A stretch of 64,000 nucleotides of DNA from Paraspadella gotoi (GCA_051294375.1 CM119267.1:14067694-14131693), one strand, 5' to 3'. Numbered from the stretch's first letter, positions 27,779-42,518 are shown. Notes: a model not told the origin generated them from the letters alone. Numbers and translations: made by a program.

Positions 27779-30700
27779 CCTACTCGCTTGGCCGATGGTT
27801 TTTCGCAATGACCAAACCCATCTCGCTCCCCATTGAAAAGCGTCTGCTTTCTCTCGACGAGTCTAGTAGACGTTTTATTACTGCTTTTTTTTTAGTCGCA
27901 TTTGGCGACTCTTTAAGACGCCTTTTCCATTAGACGGTCTTTTTAAAAAAAAATGTAATGATATTTTTTCATTGGAACCGTCTTATAAATGACCCAGATT
28001 TAGTTAAAAAATTTACTCAGAGACTATAGAATTTAATATTAATACCTAAACTTTAAATGATTGAATACATATATCATAAAACATTTTTAAGAACTATAAT
28101 TATAAAGGAAGAAGCATTAAAAAGACGCGACTGCTGGACTCACTAAGCGGGTTTTTTTCTTTTTCTCTCTGCTCTCATTAGTCTGACTTTTTTCCTGTTA
28201 GTTTTCCTTGAGTTTTCCTTTCCATCTTAGGCTGAAAATCTTCTTGACTTTTCTTACCTAGATTCCTCTTTTTTTTCTCATACAATTTTTACTTTTACTC
28301 TTTTTCTTTTGCTTTTCCTTTATTCTTCCTTTGACTTATTTTTAATTCTTTTCCCCTCCGTTTCTTTTTCTTTTTTTTTCTAGCGAATTTCCTCATTCAA
28401 CAGCTGAAGTTAATGACTTTCCTTTTGTAACCAGAATTAGGAAGACGACGACGAAGACGACGACGATAACGAAGACGACGATGGATGAGCCGTCTATGCA
28501 GACGACGACGACGACTACCCAGAGTTTGCTGATTATGGAGAAAAGATCAGAGGATGACTGGTGTCTGGTGTACTATGCAAGACAGAGAGTGAGAGAGAGA
28601 GACAGAGAGAGAGAGAAAGAGAGAGAAAAAGAGAGAAAGAGAAAAAGAGAGAGACATTGGTTAAAAAAAAGTGTTCTGCTCTAACTAAATCCACTCACTG
28701 TTGCGCTGAGACTCGTGAACGCCTCAAGTTATCGAGATGCCCGAGTCACGGCGGCGAGCGGCGTCGGGAGGCGTCGGGCGTCGTTGGGCATCGTGAGAAG
28801 CTGCGACGCGGAATGAAGCCCTGACTTTTGTGTCGTCCTCATTTTTGATGGGTTCCTTTTCATCAATTAAGTTGTACTCGTCATCTTTGTCTCCTTTCGA
28901 CACGATATCGTTCTTAAATTCTCGGTAGTACTCGACAATTTCGTTTTTACTTTGACTTTCGTTATCATCCCTCAGCTTGTTAAATCTTCACAGTCTGTTC
29001 TATCTTTATAAATTCGTCGTGCTCTTCGTCTTTTTCGTCGTCAAATTGTCATAATCTACGCTTTATATTCGCTTTATCTTCGCTCTATCCCATCACGGGC
29101 CTCTTATTCTTCCTCATCAATCATCAAACTACTTTAAATCTTAATTGTTTACATAATATTAGTCTTCTTGTTCTTATTAGTCCTCGCTCGTCTTCTTCTC
29201 CTTTCGAGAATCGTCGCCATTTTTTTTCTCATCGTCTTCCACTACTTAGACTCAAAACTGGTTTTCCACATCTTCGTCCTCCTCCTCCTCTTCCTCCTCC
29301 TCCTCCCGTCCTCCGGCGTCTCCCGAAATCCCAAGGGTCCGATCCATATGGATAACGATCCGACGGTCGCCACCGATTAGTTCGATATGGAGCAGAAGAA
29401 GATTTTTTTGGTTCCAACGCCATCCGGGATTTTCTTCGCTATCCGTACTACACCGAGAAGTTGCCGAATCAGATGAAAAAAAAAAATCAAGATTTCCGAA
29501 AGCCGATTGGAGTCGATTCGGATGCACACTCTTTGCGTAACCCCCGGATGCTCGGATGCCCGGATCAAACCAACGGGCCGAGTCCGACAGATGGCTTCTG
29601 ATAACCAAAACAAATGACTTAATGATGGCGGAAGGGGGGCGAAGCGAAAGACTAAAATATTCGGAAGAAAAGAAAAGGAAAAAAGAGACGGAGAAAACGA
29701 ATGGGATCGAGTTGTAGAGAAAGGAGGAACGAGAATGGGATGAAGGAAATGAGAAATGGAGGTGTTGTAGAGAGAAGATGGCCTAAGAAGAATAAAAGAG
29801 AGAGAGAAAAAAAGTTAAGAAGATTCCTCTCCCAAAACATACGAAGCTACGTATAGAGGTCGCTCTTTCATTCCCCAAGAATTTAAACAAATGAACTGGG
29901 CTCGACGAAAGACGGATGTCGGCGAACGGTGAAGGAAAAAGGAGAAAAAGGGCGGGAAGCAAATGGCGGGAAAAATAATCGGGAATATATTCACAAAGTC
30001 GGGGCCGCGTTTACTGAGCGAAGCGGAGAATAACGCGCATAAAACTGTCGACGAACGCGGCTACAAATTTGGTTATCCGGTGCTAAAAAAGACTTTTTCC
30101 GACTCATTAAAACACCATCGAATACCATTCATTTTCCTTTTTTTTTTCTTCATCTACCGGCATCTCTCAGACGAGAAAAAAAAGAGCAACCTTCCGTCAA
30201 GCCTTTCAAAATTTCAAGACTATCAACGATTTAAACTCATCGACGCTTTTAAATATCTTCTTGACCCCAATTTTTTTTTACTCTTTCACTCCTTCACCCT
30301 CTCCTGACACACCCTGTCTTCGGCATAACAAAGACATTTAAAGTTAACACGGCAAGCACTTGTTGACTTATAGACGCTTACGGTTGCCCTTGGGATTTAG
30401 AGGGGGGGCGGGAGTGGCGGGTGTGAAAGGGTGTCGGGGCGGCGGAACGAGGTAGTGGTGATTGATGGAGTGATATTTGCTGAATGAATATAAATTGTGG
30501 GTAGTTGTGATACCGGCTGTGGTTGACTACTGAGGCGGAGACCAAATATGGTGGTTGTGGTTCTCTTAAATGATCAGGGCGGATGCGACAAAGCAAGGCG
30601 ATTCTGCTTTAAAGCTGGTGGCGCTGGTGGCGTCGGTGGCGCTGGTGGCATCGAGCAGGGGGCGCGGCTGCGCCATTAAGGACGAATGTTTGGCTGACTT

Positions 30701-32765
30701 TGAATAGATTTTGCATAAAAGCGCGACAACAATTTTTTTTTTTCTCTCTCTCTGTCTCTCTCTTCTCTCTCTAGTTCCCTTTTTTAGTGAGCCGAGGAAA
30801 AGATGGAGAGAATCACTATCATTATCGAAGGACTGACAAGGATGGAAAAAGAAAGAAAATCGCATACGCAGTATTCCTTTTTTACAAATTTAACTTATGT
30901 TAAATAGTAAAAAAATTCTCATTTGAAAGATCTTACTAAGTTAATGTTCTATCAGTCTATCGGTGACTGTTTTTAATAAACGGAAATCGCAAACGTCACT
31001 AGTGACAAGACAGTGACTCTTCGCCGTTCGTAGTGACGCGGGAGAGAATCGCGGTTGGTGAAGCCAACTTGAAATCGAATCGTTTTCTCTGGCAGAAGAT
31101 TTTTTTCTCCTTTTTCGCTTTTTTTCTCGCATTTGATGGTTTATGCACGAAAGCTCTTTCCTTCCTTTCTTTTTCCCCATTGCGCTTCACGGGAAAACAA
31201 GACCGGAATAGTTCGATTTCTTGATTGTTTTCTATTTGAACAATTTTCTTTCTTCAGTTTCGTTTTTAGTTAAAAATAGCCAAAATCAACTACTACCGCT
31301 TTTTACAGACTTCGTCAAACTCGTTTTATAGTAAATTATACGCGATTTAATAAAAAGAAAACAAATTAATCGAATTCTTTTTTTTTTTTAATTTTTAATT
31401 TGACTTTTTTTTTCTTCTTACTTCTGAGACAACCTTATTTTTTCACAACACGAGTTGTAAACGTTAGTGTATTTTGTTTTATATATCAGTTAAAACAGTG
31501 TCATCTATAATTCCAAACTAAAAAACGTTACTTAAAAAAACAAAATGCAAGCGGTCTTTCGTCATCATACCATTGACTTTGCTTCAGCCATAATAAATAC
31601 TTTGGCCGAAATTAGGACCTTATGCTATTTTCAGTAAAAATAAACTTAAAGCTCGACTTACTCACTCGATAAGTTAAAATAGCAGTCAAAACGAATTTAA
31701 CGTGATTAAACAGTTAAACACACGATGACTCAGAAGGAAACTAATTTGCAAAAATATTTATTGAATTTTTTTCTAGATCGCTCATATTTTTTATTCAATA
31801 AATTTTTACACGAGTCATTTAGTTTTATTTTGAAAAGAATTTCATTACATACAAACCGCTCTTGAAATAATGAACGAAAAATATTTTTTTTTAATTTTTG
31901 GGATTGCTTTTTACTATTTTAACTTAAAAAAATTGATCGTCGCCGAGCTTTTTTCAAGTCTGGTTCAACTTGTATTTTTACGGATTCATTCGGAAAGTAA
32001 ATCTGAAAAGTGCTCTCCGAGATAAGAATGTTTGTCCTCAAAATATTCGCCTATTTGATTTCCTTAAAAAATCGATTTGCGTTTTTGCACTTTTATTTTC
32101 TAATTCTATGCGGTATTTAGGGTCATTTTTTTGTAAAACTGAACTGACCCCAATTGCAATTACGTGAACATAGTTTCAAGAAAAAAACCTATAAAACACT
32201 CGATGCCTCTTTCAAGTTGATTCGTTATTCTTTGAGTTTGAGTTTGAGTTTGAGTTTCAGTTTCAGTTTGACCTAAGGTTTTTTTTATAATTTTCTTTTA
32301 ATTTTGTGGGTTTTTTTTTAAACCACTCGCTACAGCGATTACCCCGGAAATGTTTTTGAGATTTTTTTTATCGAATTAACATTGGCGCCGAAATGTCGGT
32401 TAACAGGGATTTGGGAGAAGGGGGAAAGGGGGGGAAAGGGGGGGAAAGGCTTTACAAAAGTCAAGCCGCGAGTTTTTTCTTAGTCACTCTTCGTTTATAA
32501 TTAAAAAAAAAAGATTGTTCAATATTAAAAAAAGTTTTGATTCTAAAATCAAGAAAGGTCTCTTGTAGTCTGTGGGACGGCGCTTTGAAAAGAAAGGAAA
32601 ACACAAAAAAAACAAGCCAGACTCCAAATGAATTTTTAAAAAAAGTAGAGTTCGCGGGGGTAAAGGTTAGCAAAAACACAAAACAAAAAAGAAAATAAGA
32701 GGTCATCCCAGAAAATGGATAAAAAAAAAGCGTCACCATCTTAACTCCATCCTCGCCCTCTCTCT

Positions 32766-32829
<64 letters not shown>

Positions 32830-33138
32830 TCAAGCATCGGCTAATAGAAAGAGATTTTTTCAATCGGGCGTGATCCGTTTTTTGTGATCCTTTTTTGCGA
32901 TTTGAAAGATCTTAACTCCTCTCACTCCGCTTCAATAAAAAAAAAGATTTAGTAGAATCTTCGCCTAACTCGTAATCGAAAGAACGATTAAAAAATAAAT
33001 GATACCTTTTTTTTAATACAAAATATCATCGGCTTTTCATTCACTTCGTTATAATGATTAAGCTTGAAAATATTTTTTTTTCATATTTGGGACAGAATGT
33101 TTCCGCCAACGCGTTTTCCCACTAAATCATTTTGATTA

Positions 33139-33234
<96 letters not shown>

Positions 33235-33539
33235 CCCCCTTCCCTTTTAACGACCCTCCCCGCGCATTCGTCGGGCGACCTCTTTCCCATCCTCGACTCC
33301 GAAGAGATTCGATGTTGTTCTTTTTGTCTTTTGGCGAACTTCTTTCGTGTTTGAGCCGCGAAACTATGAAACCCTGAAGCCTCACTAAGTTGGCGAATGC
33401 ATGACATCTGATTATTATATGAAAGATATTTCGCTCCCATCAATCATCTGTCACCCTTTAGGATCAAAAGTCATCAAAGAAGGTCCTCTCTCTCTTCTCT
33501 CTCTTTTCTCTTCTCCTCTCTCTCTCTTTCTCTTTCTCT

Positions 33540-33570
<31 letters not shown>
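26253..33570. repeat. Copy 2 of the ~7.36-kb tandem duplication
   Basis: Near-identical to copy 1; differences are mostly 1-bp indels and microsatellite lengths. Confidence 0.97.
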
Positions 33571-33824
33571 AAGAGAATTTGAAAAAATTAAAGTCACTGG
33601 GGATTAAGAGATTATTCATTCGATTTGTCGATTATTTATTGGGCGACGTTCTGTTTTTAAATCTAATTCGCTTTATTTAACCTGCGACTTGAAATTGTGT
33701 CATATCAAAACTGCTACATGGTGACATAATTCAAGTTAGCAGTCAATCCAGTTAAATTCGCTTACAGAAGATCAAGATAATAAAAAAAGGAAACTCACCA
33801 ATCAACCAAGACTCGTTATTTCTT

Positions 33825-34125
33825 TGTTAAACTAATAATTTTAGCCTCGCGATTCGAGATCTCTCATTTTTAACCAGCCCTAACCTCGGGCCACGCCCAT
33901 CGAAGATTGTCTCCTTGCGGATTCTTCGCGAACAAATGGGACCCGCCCGTTTGTCTCAGTAAGGACGCCGCCCGTCAAACCCGTTAGAGGGTAGACCTTT
34001 TGCCCGCACAAAGCCACTCCTTTCTAAAGCCCTACCTACGTTGCTCGGACGCTCTGCCCTGTGGGCTCCCGACTACCGTCGACCTTCCCGAGGCCGAGGG
34101 AAAAACTATTGCGGCGAATTCAACA
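33825..34125. mobile_element. Candidate solo LTR
   Basis: GC-rich 300-bp island bounded by TGTTAAA...TTCAACA inverted ends, with CTT on both flanks. Confidence 0.3.
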
Positions 34126-36185
34126 CTTGAATGCGTTTCGAGCGGATTTATGAATGTTACGTCTGAATAGATTTTAAATGAAGTTGTCNNNNNNNNNNNN
34201 NNNNNNNNNNNNNGTTGGATGAGGAATAAAAAAGATTAATTCGGATCGAAGGAATTTTTTTCTTGGTCGAGACCTTTACTAATTTTTACCAAATTTCTTA
34301 GAATTTTATTTATGATGAATAGGAAAGGTAGGGAAGAAATTGGTTCGTCAGAATACTTAGTAGTTAGTATATATCATACTAATTATTTATTAATTGTTTT
34401 CTACTTACTTTATCAAATAAAAAACTTTTCTTCGGTTTTAAAAAACAATAAATGCAAAAAATATTGCTGACTGGCCAATTGCTCCTCCCACTGTTGAGCG
34501 ATCTGGATCGTGGTTGCATTTAATAAGTTAGAGTCAGTTCTTTGTCTGTAATATTTAAAGATTAAAATGTTTAACGTCGCAGAAATATCGATCAAAAGAC
34601 ATAAATAGCATTGCCCTGATGACATTAGCGAAGATAATCTTTCGGATTTTTCTGTCATAAGTATTTTATTATGATTTTTTGGGGGTTTCTTTTGGTTATT
34701 TATGCGAAATTGTTAAAAATTGATTTTATTAACAAAAAAATTCATAAAGTCAGATCGTCAGAAAAGTTCGTGATGACTTTCGTCCGATCCGCCGGAGGTC
34801 GTCATGGTTTTCGTTTTTTGTTGCGGTAAGCGACTGCATGAGATGGTCAGATGGAGACTGTGGAGACTGTCATATGGTCGGTCAGTCAATTTATTTATGA
34901 ACTGGAAGAAAGCTAGGCAAAACTATACAAACTCTTTAAATACTTAAAAAGAAGATCACTACAAAAATACCACCCTAAAAAAGTTTTAAAAGGAAGAATT
35001 ATGTCGAATTTACATAGTAGAGAGCTTAACTATAGATGACTATTATTTTAGAATTAAATCACAAAGAATTAAATCTCAAACGTCGGGTCCAAACAAGTGT
35101 AAGTGTGGAAAGATGCTGACGAGTAACGTTTGATTTTTATTTCCAATGAATATTATTATTTATAACGAAAAATGTAAAGAAACTGAATTCAAAACGTGTT
35201 AATTTTGAGCAATGCAAAGTCTATAGTAAATATTTCTCTCTTTCTTTCGCCTCAATGTAAGAAGTTTAATCGATGATGAGAAGCGAAGATAAAGTCTTTT
35301 TCTGTTTTCTCGAGCAAAGAGCAAACGTCAGCCCTCCGGTTTGAGTTTTTTTTTGTTTAGGTTCGATTTGAATTTCGCGGGTTTTTTTTCCTAAATCGCG
35401 TGAAAACAAATGAACATCGAAAGATTGATTTAGTCATTGAATAAGTTGTTTAACTCAGCACTTTTAGATTTTTGGGTATATCGAAACTTTCGACGAAAGT
35501 ATCATTTTCCTCGTGAGTAGAAACTGGAAATTTATAATATCGATAATGTTCATAATATTCATTCTTGGCATAACTAGACGCTCGCCTGAAGTCAAATATC
35601 AAAACCGAATAAATCACATATTTAAAAAACAGATGTTGCAAAAAAGAGTAAAAAAAAGTACCCGTTGTTGTAAATCAGATCCAATTTCGAATGTAAAAAA
35701 CTGATAGAGAGAGAGAGAGAGAGAGAGAGNNNNNNNNNNAGAGAGAGAGAGAACCCGTGATGGTAGAAGATAACGCCGAGTGATTATTTTTCTTCGAACA
35801 AAAATTGCAAAACTGGCAAAGAAAAGGCAATGGATGTTCAAGAATTGAATGGAAAAAAATGTAAAAATCAGGGGAAAAAAATCTCAAAATTTAAGTGAGC
35901 AAACAAGTTGAGGAAAGAGGGAGATTAATGAGAGTTAAGGAAAGATAAGGATTCCATTTGAAAAATTTAACGAGGAAAGAAAGAGATGAACGGAAAGTTT
36001 TTCAACTTCCGATTTCCCATTCAGTTTTTCTGACCACCCGCTCGAAGAATGGAGGATGGACAATTGGACATTGGACATTGAACAGTTGGTTACCCTTCTT
36101 GTAGCCAAATAAATTTATCAAGAATATTTAATTTTTTAGGAAATGTGGAAAGGTACGGATTTATAAGAGGGCGAGGGAGGTAAAA

Positions 36186-36340
36186 AATGGGCCCGATTTC
36201 CTCAAAGCGCCCAATTTTAACTTAAACTCGTAATTAAATTAATTTTTAGGTTAAAGATTAGGTTAAGGATTAGCTTAGGGATCAGGGTTAGGTTTTTAGG
36301 ATTAGAAATGGGGCGCTTTTATTAAAAGGAACTCCCATTT
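36186..36340. mobile_element. Small MITE-like element with an internal degenerate TTAGGG-like array
   Basis: aaatggg...aaagcgcccaattt and aaatggggcgcttt...cccattt form imperfect inverted ends around ttaggttaaagattaggttaaggattagcttagggatcagggttagg. Confidence 0.4.
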
Positions 36341-36587
36341 ATTTATCTGGCTAATGGGGAAAGAACGGTGTGGGAAGATTAAGGCGAGGGAGTAAAAGGA
36401 AGAAGCAAAAGAACAGAATCATTTTGGCAGAGATAACGAAAACGAAGGCGTGGTCAGATGGGGAGGTGGGGGGGGTTTTCTGCCTGATATCGAGATTTCG
36501 ACGTCGATAAAATCGCCTGGAATGATAAGAATCTCCAACTCGTAGGTAACTGGGTCAGCGTGTTTGTGTTCTCGCGCGTTCTAGTGG

Positions 36588-36656
<69 letters not shown>

Positions 36657-37555
36657 GAGAGAGAGACGAGAGAGAGAGAGAGAGAGGGTACGAGCGTAAA
36701 GCATGATGTGAGGCGCGGAAGTGTGAAGGAACTGAAGAAATAACATTTTTAAAAAGCTCATCTGGCTCGAACCACTGGACGCTCTCAAACTGTAGAATGA
36801 GTCTTATTCGCCGCTAAACGATTGTGATGGAAAATACTAACTGTAGGAGGGAGAAGCGAAACAGAAACTTGTAATTTTTAAAAAGGATTTAAAACAGACA
36901 AGGAGCGAAGTTATAACTTGAATAATACTTCGAAAAAAGACTTGTGAATAAAATGAAGGAAAATTATGCCAGGACTCTTGGTAAGTGAAAATAAGAAAGG
37001 AGAATAAAGGAAAAAAATTTAAGAGAAAAAAAACTGAAAACGTAAGTGGGGGGAAGGGAAGATAAAATTAAAAAGGGATGAAGTAAGGGTTAAGGTAGGG
37101 TTCGTAGGAGGGAGGAGGAATAGGAGAAGGAAGAAGAAGAGGTAATAGTAAGAACTCGGTTATGGTGGAGGCGGAGAAGAGAAAGGAGGAGGAGGAGGAG
37201 GAAGAGAAGGTAGGAGTCGAAGAGGAAGGGATTAAAGAGAAGAAGCAAAGGAGGATGCGGTTAAAGCCGGGATCCCGGGAGTGGGCGAAAGAATGAGGCG
37301 AGGAGACGCTGCGAAGGTGAGTTTATTTTTTTTTTCTGTTTGAGGAACCAAAGAAATTTCGTTTCGTTTTCGGCCACCGAAAATAAGAAGAAAGAAAGAA
37401 AAAAATAGATTTTCTTCTAGAGGATTTTGCGCATCGGGACCGATTCCTCGTCTCCATCGCGAGGAAAATTGAAAAAGGTCCGGAATAAAAAAAACCGCGA
37501 AAATTCAAAAGTGTTTTTTCTGCGGTTTAAGAATTTTTTTAGTTCAGAAATAAAA

Positions 37556-37613
<58 letters not shown>

Positions 37614-38213
37614 TCGGATCTTTTTTTCCCTCTCGGAACTGAGTCATAGTTGGAATATTTTTGTCTTTTATATAGTAGTTGAACAAGAAATAAAATTTTT
37701 GTAATGTAGGTGATAAAAAAGTTTAAACGCGCACGTTAAACCAAACAAAGCATTTCCCTCCTTTGTTTTTTATTTCCTCTCTGTTTTTTTTTTCTAAGTG
37801 AAGTTGATTTCCTTTTTATAAACACTTTCATCGAGTACACGTCAAAAGATTGAAAAGATAAAAAAGTCTCGATGAGTTCTGAGCGAAGGACCTTTTATAA
37901 CTTTTGACTTTTTTATTTCTTATTTTTTTCTCTCTTAATTTTTTAAATATTTCTTCACACTTGTTTTCAGACAGAGGAAGTTTAAACTTGAATCTGGCCA
38001 ATAGGTCATAGTCTCTTCGAAGCGTGAGTCGTTCTATTATTTAAAATGCATTCATTCGTAAATGTCTTCCTATTTTTGGTGATGTTATTACCGTCAGAAG
38101 TCAGAACCATCAATCAGTCTTATGTAGTTTAACAAAAAAACAAAAATTGACTAAAATACTTTCAAGCACTCACCCAAAATCAGAAAGATTTGCTTGAATT
38201 ACAAAGCAATACG

Positions 38214-38390
38214 ATGACAACCATGACACAAGTTGTGATTCTCTTGGGAATTTTCTCTTCATATTTTGTTGTTTGTGTTGCTCGATCGCTCGATCGATCG
38301 ATCTTAGTTCCCGACATCGACATGTCTCGGTCATTTCGCCCGGTTTGTCAATTTCCTCAGACGCAGACGGAACTTAGGGACCACAACGAG
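38214..38390 (+). CDS. Candidate first coding exon of a small secreted protein
   Basis: ATG start, MTTMTQVVILLGIFSSYFVVCVA-RSLDRS (signal-peptide-like), donor GAG|GTATGA. Upstream non-coding exon 37971-38023 (ttttcag|...|gtgagt). Downstream acceptor tgtttcag at 38875 with a ctgac branch motif. Confidence 0.4.
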
Positions 38391-39909
38391 GTATGATGCG
38401 GTGACAATTTGAAATAGGTTATAAAACCATTATACTACTTAATTGATAGGAAAGCCAGGTTATGAACGAGACTGTAAGAGAGTCATGATTGAAAGTTGTC
38501 AGGGGCAACATCTCAATGGACTTATCAACCTGCCGACCAACATCTTGATTCACGAAATACGGAAGGACGCATCTCTTTAAAGGGAAAAATAAAGAGAAAA
38601 AAATAGGGAACAAAAGAATTGAGGAGAAAAAAGGGAGAGAGAAAAAAATAAAAGAAAAAAAAATATTTGAGGCTAAAAAAAAGGCGAAAAAAGTTGGGGT
38701 GAAAGGAAGGACCACCTACGAGAACCGGTCGTTGTAAAATTGTCTGCATCCTCGTCGTTGCAAAGGCCCCGTTTTCGAGACTGACAGGGTTTTCATTCAT
38801 TTATTTATATTTACATATTAATATATTTACATATTTACATATTGGCTGACCGTGGGAGATTTCTTGTTGTTTCAGACTTCGGATTTCTTTTGAATCTGGA
38901 ATTTTCGGACGAATGACTGGAATGACTGCCATGCCAAATGACTGGAATGACTGCCATGCCAAATAAGAGAGGCCCAGGTTTTTTTTATTTCTGGATCTCG
39001 CTTGGCTTGGTCGCTGTTTTCAAGACCCGCTGAGTTTTAGCGAATCAGCTTCAAAGAGAATATTTCTCACCGTCGTTGTCACTTTTCAAAATTTATTTCG
39101 AGATGAAAACCGTGAATCACTGATTTATTTACTTTATTTACTTTTATTCTAAAAATAAGGACAAATTGAGTCCAAAAACTCATCCTGCGCTGCATTCGCG
39201 ATCATTTATCCGCGAACTTTTCCATTCCTTTTTTTTTTTCCTTCTTTCTCAAGAAGGTGAAATAAATTTACTAACTTTTTTTTTCTCTTTCGAGAAATTT
39301 ACTTTCCGTAAACTTAAGTGAAGCATTCGTTCTTCAAACATGATTTTTGGGAGTGGGGGTTAAAATGCCGAAAGGCGGAGAGTGGAGGTAAAATGAAGAG
39401 AATAAATGGAGACTGTGGTAAGTGTGGAAAATGTGGTATTCGGGATGATCGGAGAATTTAACTGCAACTGTCCATAAGTTATTTTAAATATAATCACTTT
39501 TCTTAAAATAATAAGATTGCTTGCTTCTTTTCTTTTAGTAAATTAGTAATGGAGTTTCAAAAAAAAAAAAAAAGAAATTATGGTGGACTAAAATCCACCA
39601 ACCGTTCGTTCTCGGTCATTGGTGCAGCAGGCAAGTCTTTCGCCTCCCGTCCCAAAACTCTAGGGTTCTAACCCGGTGGTCGTCCTTGCAGTTAAGAAGG
39701 ACGTTTCGCTTAACTCCCCTGTAACTCGGTGTTACAGCCTGATCCGAAGTCTCTTCGAAATTCAAAAAACAGTAAGTGTTCTCATATTTCACGGCGCGTC
39801 TTTGATCTGTCAATGTCCATGTCAAATGTCAAATGTGTCTCGCTTTCCTTCTTTTTTCCTCTCGACCACCACTAGTGAAAATATTCTTTGAAGAGCAAAA
39901 TCTTCGCTG

Positions 39910-39919
39910 AATAATAATA

Positions 39920-39985
<66 letters not shown>
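39910..39985. repeat. (AAT/ATT)n microsatellite
   Basis: Directly visible. Confidence 0.95.
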
Positions 39986-40094
39986 TTGGTTTGTGATTAA
40001 GATATTCCGACAACACACCCGACTGAAGTACGTGTCAAGGTGTACACTATTAAGAACCGGATCCTTCTTCAACAGCCAGACGAAAATGCTAAAC

Positions 40095-40174
<80 letters not shown>

Positions 40175-40885
40175 AATCTATCTATCTTCTCTTCCTCACT
40201 CTCTCTCTCTCTCTCGGCTAGCTGTATATGCTGTTCGTTTCCCCCTTCTTTGACTTTTTTATTTTCTTTTTTCCGTCGTCGTCGTCGTCGTTGTCGTCGT
40301 CGTTCATCGTTCGTCCGGTCGTGAATCGTCATCGTCAGCGAGATTTGTCTGGCGTGGGTGCGGACTTTGCGCCGCCGCCTCCGTCGCCTCAGTCAGACAT
40401 TTAACCGCTGCAAACGCAGACGCGACGCCGCCGCAATGCTGTCGCGCCGCTGCGGGAACGCTGCAGGTGAGCTGAGCTGCTTGCTGCAGAGAAAAGCAAG
40501 GTTTACTTTCTTGCTTCTCAAACGAATTTTGTTTGATAAATAATAGGGAATATTTTGAAAGTGACAAGGGATTATTATTTACTTTTTTACTATTATTATC
40601 CACTTCACCCACGTCCTGAGTTGTTATCATTTTCTTGCTTGAAAACGATTTCATTTTACGTTTTCCTATTTTATTAACTTGACATTTTTTGATATTTTAT
40701 GTTTTTCGTTTACCAGTTTGCCCTGTTATCCGTCGTATACTTTGAAACAAAATAACTTGGTTTTAAAAATAGCAAAAATAAAAAAACCAAAATGATTTAC
40801 GACTTGTCGCTTAGGAAATGTCATGAATTATGCTCTGTGATAATCCGAGCGATCCGACCACTTTTTCTGCGGACCAAACATCCTG

Positions 40886-40939
<54 letters not shown>

Positions 40940-41822
40940 CTTCCTCTCTCTCCCATCTATCCGGTCCCGTCACATATCAGTTACCATCTTGTCAGAATTT
41001 AAAACCGGTTAATGATTTAGATTTTATGTCGCTTAAATTAGTGGTATGACTATAAGTCACTTAAAACATATTCTGTTTTTTTCATTTTTTTCTGTTTTGT
41101 TCCTCATCTTGTTTGTTCTCACTCGAGGAAAAAAGCGTGAGTGGTTATAAAGTGTAAAATTTGAGGAATATCTATTTTTAGTTAAAACCTTGAAACTAAC
41201 GGACTGCAACAAAACTTTAAAACATTGAAAAATTCTTTCTAAAAACTTGACAAGTAAGATTGGAACCTGCTCGCTTTCTAAACGTTTTGAAAAAGTCGCG
41301 GCGCTTCTGTCAAAAAACAATGAAACAAAGAAACTCTTTTGAGATTAAAGAGAACGATTCAAATCCATATTCTCGAAAAGGCGAATGAAATGTGTTCGGT
41401 CATCGTCGTCGTCGTCGTCATCGTCGTCGTCGTCATTGATCTGGTCGGTATCGTCTTCTTCGACGCCATCACCACAAAAAAACAATTTGATTCCATCCGA
41501 CGAAAGAAAAGAAAAGGTCATTTAAATATCGGTTCGACCGAGGGCGAGTCCCCTGGAAGGGAGATCTTGACCAGTTCATCCCTCGCAAGGTTATTTCGTT
41601 CCGACTATTGAAATTGAAATTGAAATTGGACAAGCTGACCTTCTTCAAAAACTTATTTGACAATAATCTGACGAAATTACTTTTTTTTCAAAAATACTTC
41701 GCGACGCTTGCGTAAGCTTCTGCGTTACGCGAGTCCCGAGTAGATCCAGAAATTTTTTCCCAAGGGCTCCCGTCGGGATTCTCAGTCGAAGAACCATAAC
41801 AAACAAAAGGGACGACGTCACT

Positions 41823-41906
41823 GAAGACGACGACGAAGACGACGACGAAGACGACGACGAAGACGACGACGAAGACGACGACGAAGACGACGACGAAGAC
41901 GACGAC
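41823..41906. repeat. 12-bp tandem repeat GAAGACGACGAC x7
   Basis: Directly visible; related shorter arrays at about 21098 and 28441. Confidence 0.92.
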
Positions 41907-42299
41907 TTTTTTTCCTAACAATATTATTTTCTTTAAAAATAAATCATGAAATTCTCATTACCTTCACTTCTTTCTCTCCACCCACTTTCCACTCCCTATT
42001 CTTTCATCCTTGGCTTGGAAGCCTTTTTTCTTGTTCAATATTTTTCGCTATCCACTGGTTAAATACTCCTTATCCGTTATACTAATTGTAATTTTGTGTC
42101 GTCTTATAAAACCATTTTCTAAATATTTACCTTTTAATCCCGTTCCTCATCGTCATTCACTCCATCATCATAATCATTTTCTACCGCGGACGCCATTCCT
42201 CTCCTCACCTCACCCTCATTATTGACGGCTCTACCTGCGAGGCTCTTCGGCGGCGACATCACACGGAGATAAGAGGGAACGGAGTGGGGAGAAGGAGGG

Positions 42300-42518
42300 A
42301 GGGGAAGAGAGAGCGAGGGGGAGAAGGAGGGGAAGAGGAGGCGGAGGGGGGAAGGAGGGGAAGAGGAGGGAGGGGGAGAAGAGGCGTGAGAGAAGAAGTG
42401 AGGAAAACGAGAAGAGAGAACCGATGAGTCAGCGAATCCAGTGAGACCTAAAAAGTTTCGTAAGGTGAGTAGCGACGATGAAAAAAAGACTCTAGTGTCC
42501 GCTTGGGAAACTTGAGAA
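42300..42518 (+). repeat. ~200-bp dispersed repeat, copy 1 (copy 2 at about 50720-50917)
   Basis: gagaagagagaaccgatgagtcagcgaatccagtgagacctaaaaagtttcgtaaggtgagtagcgacgatg...gggaaacttgagaa is present in both places; copy 1 ends at an N-gap. Confidence 0.9.
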
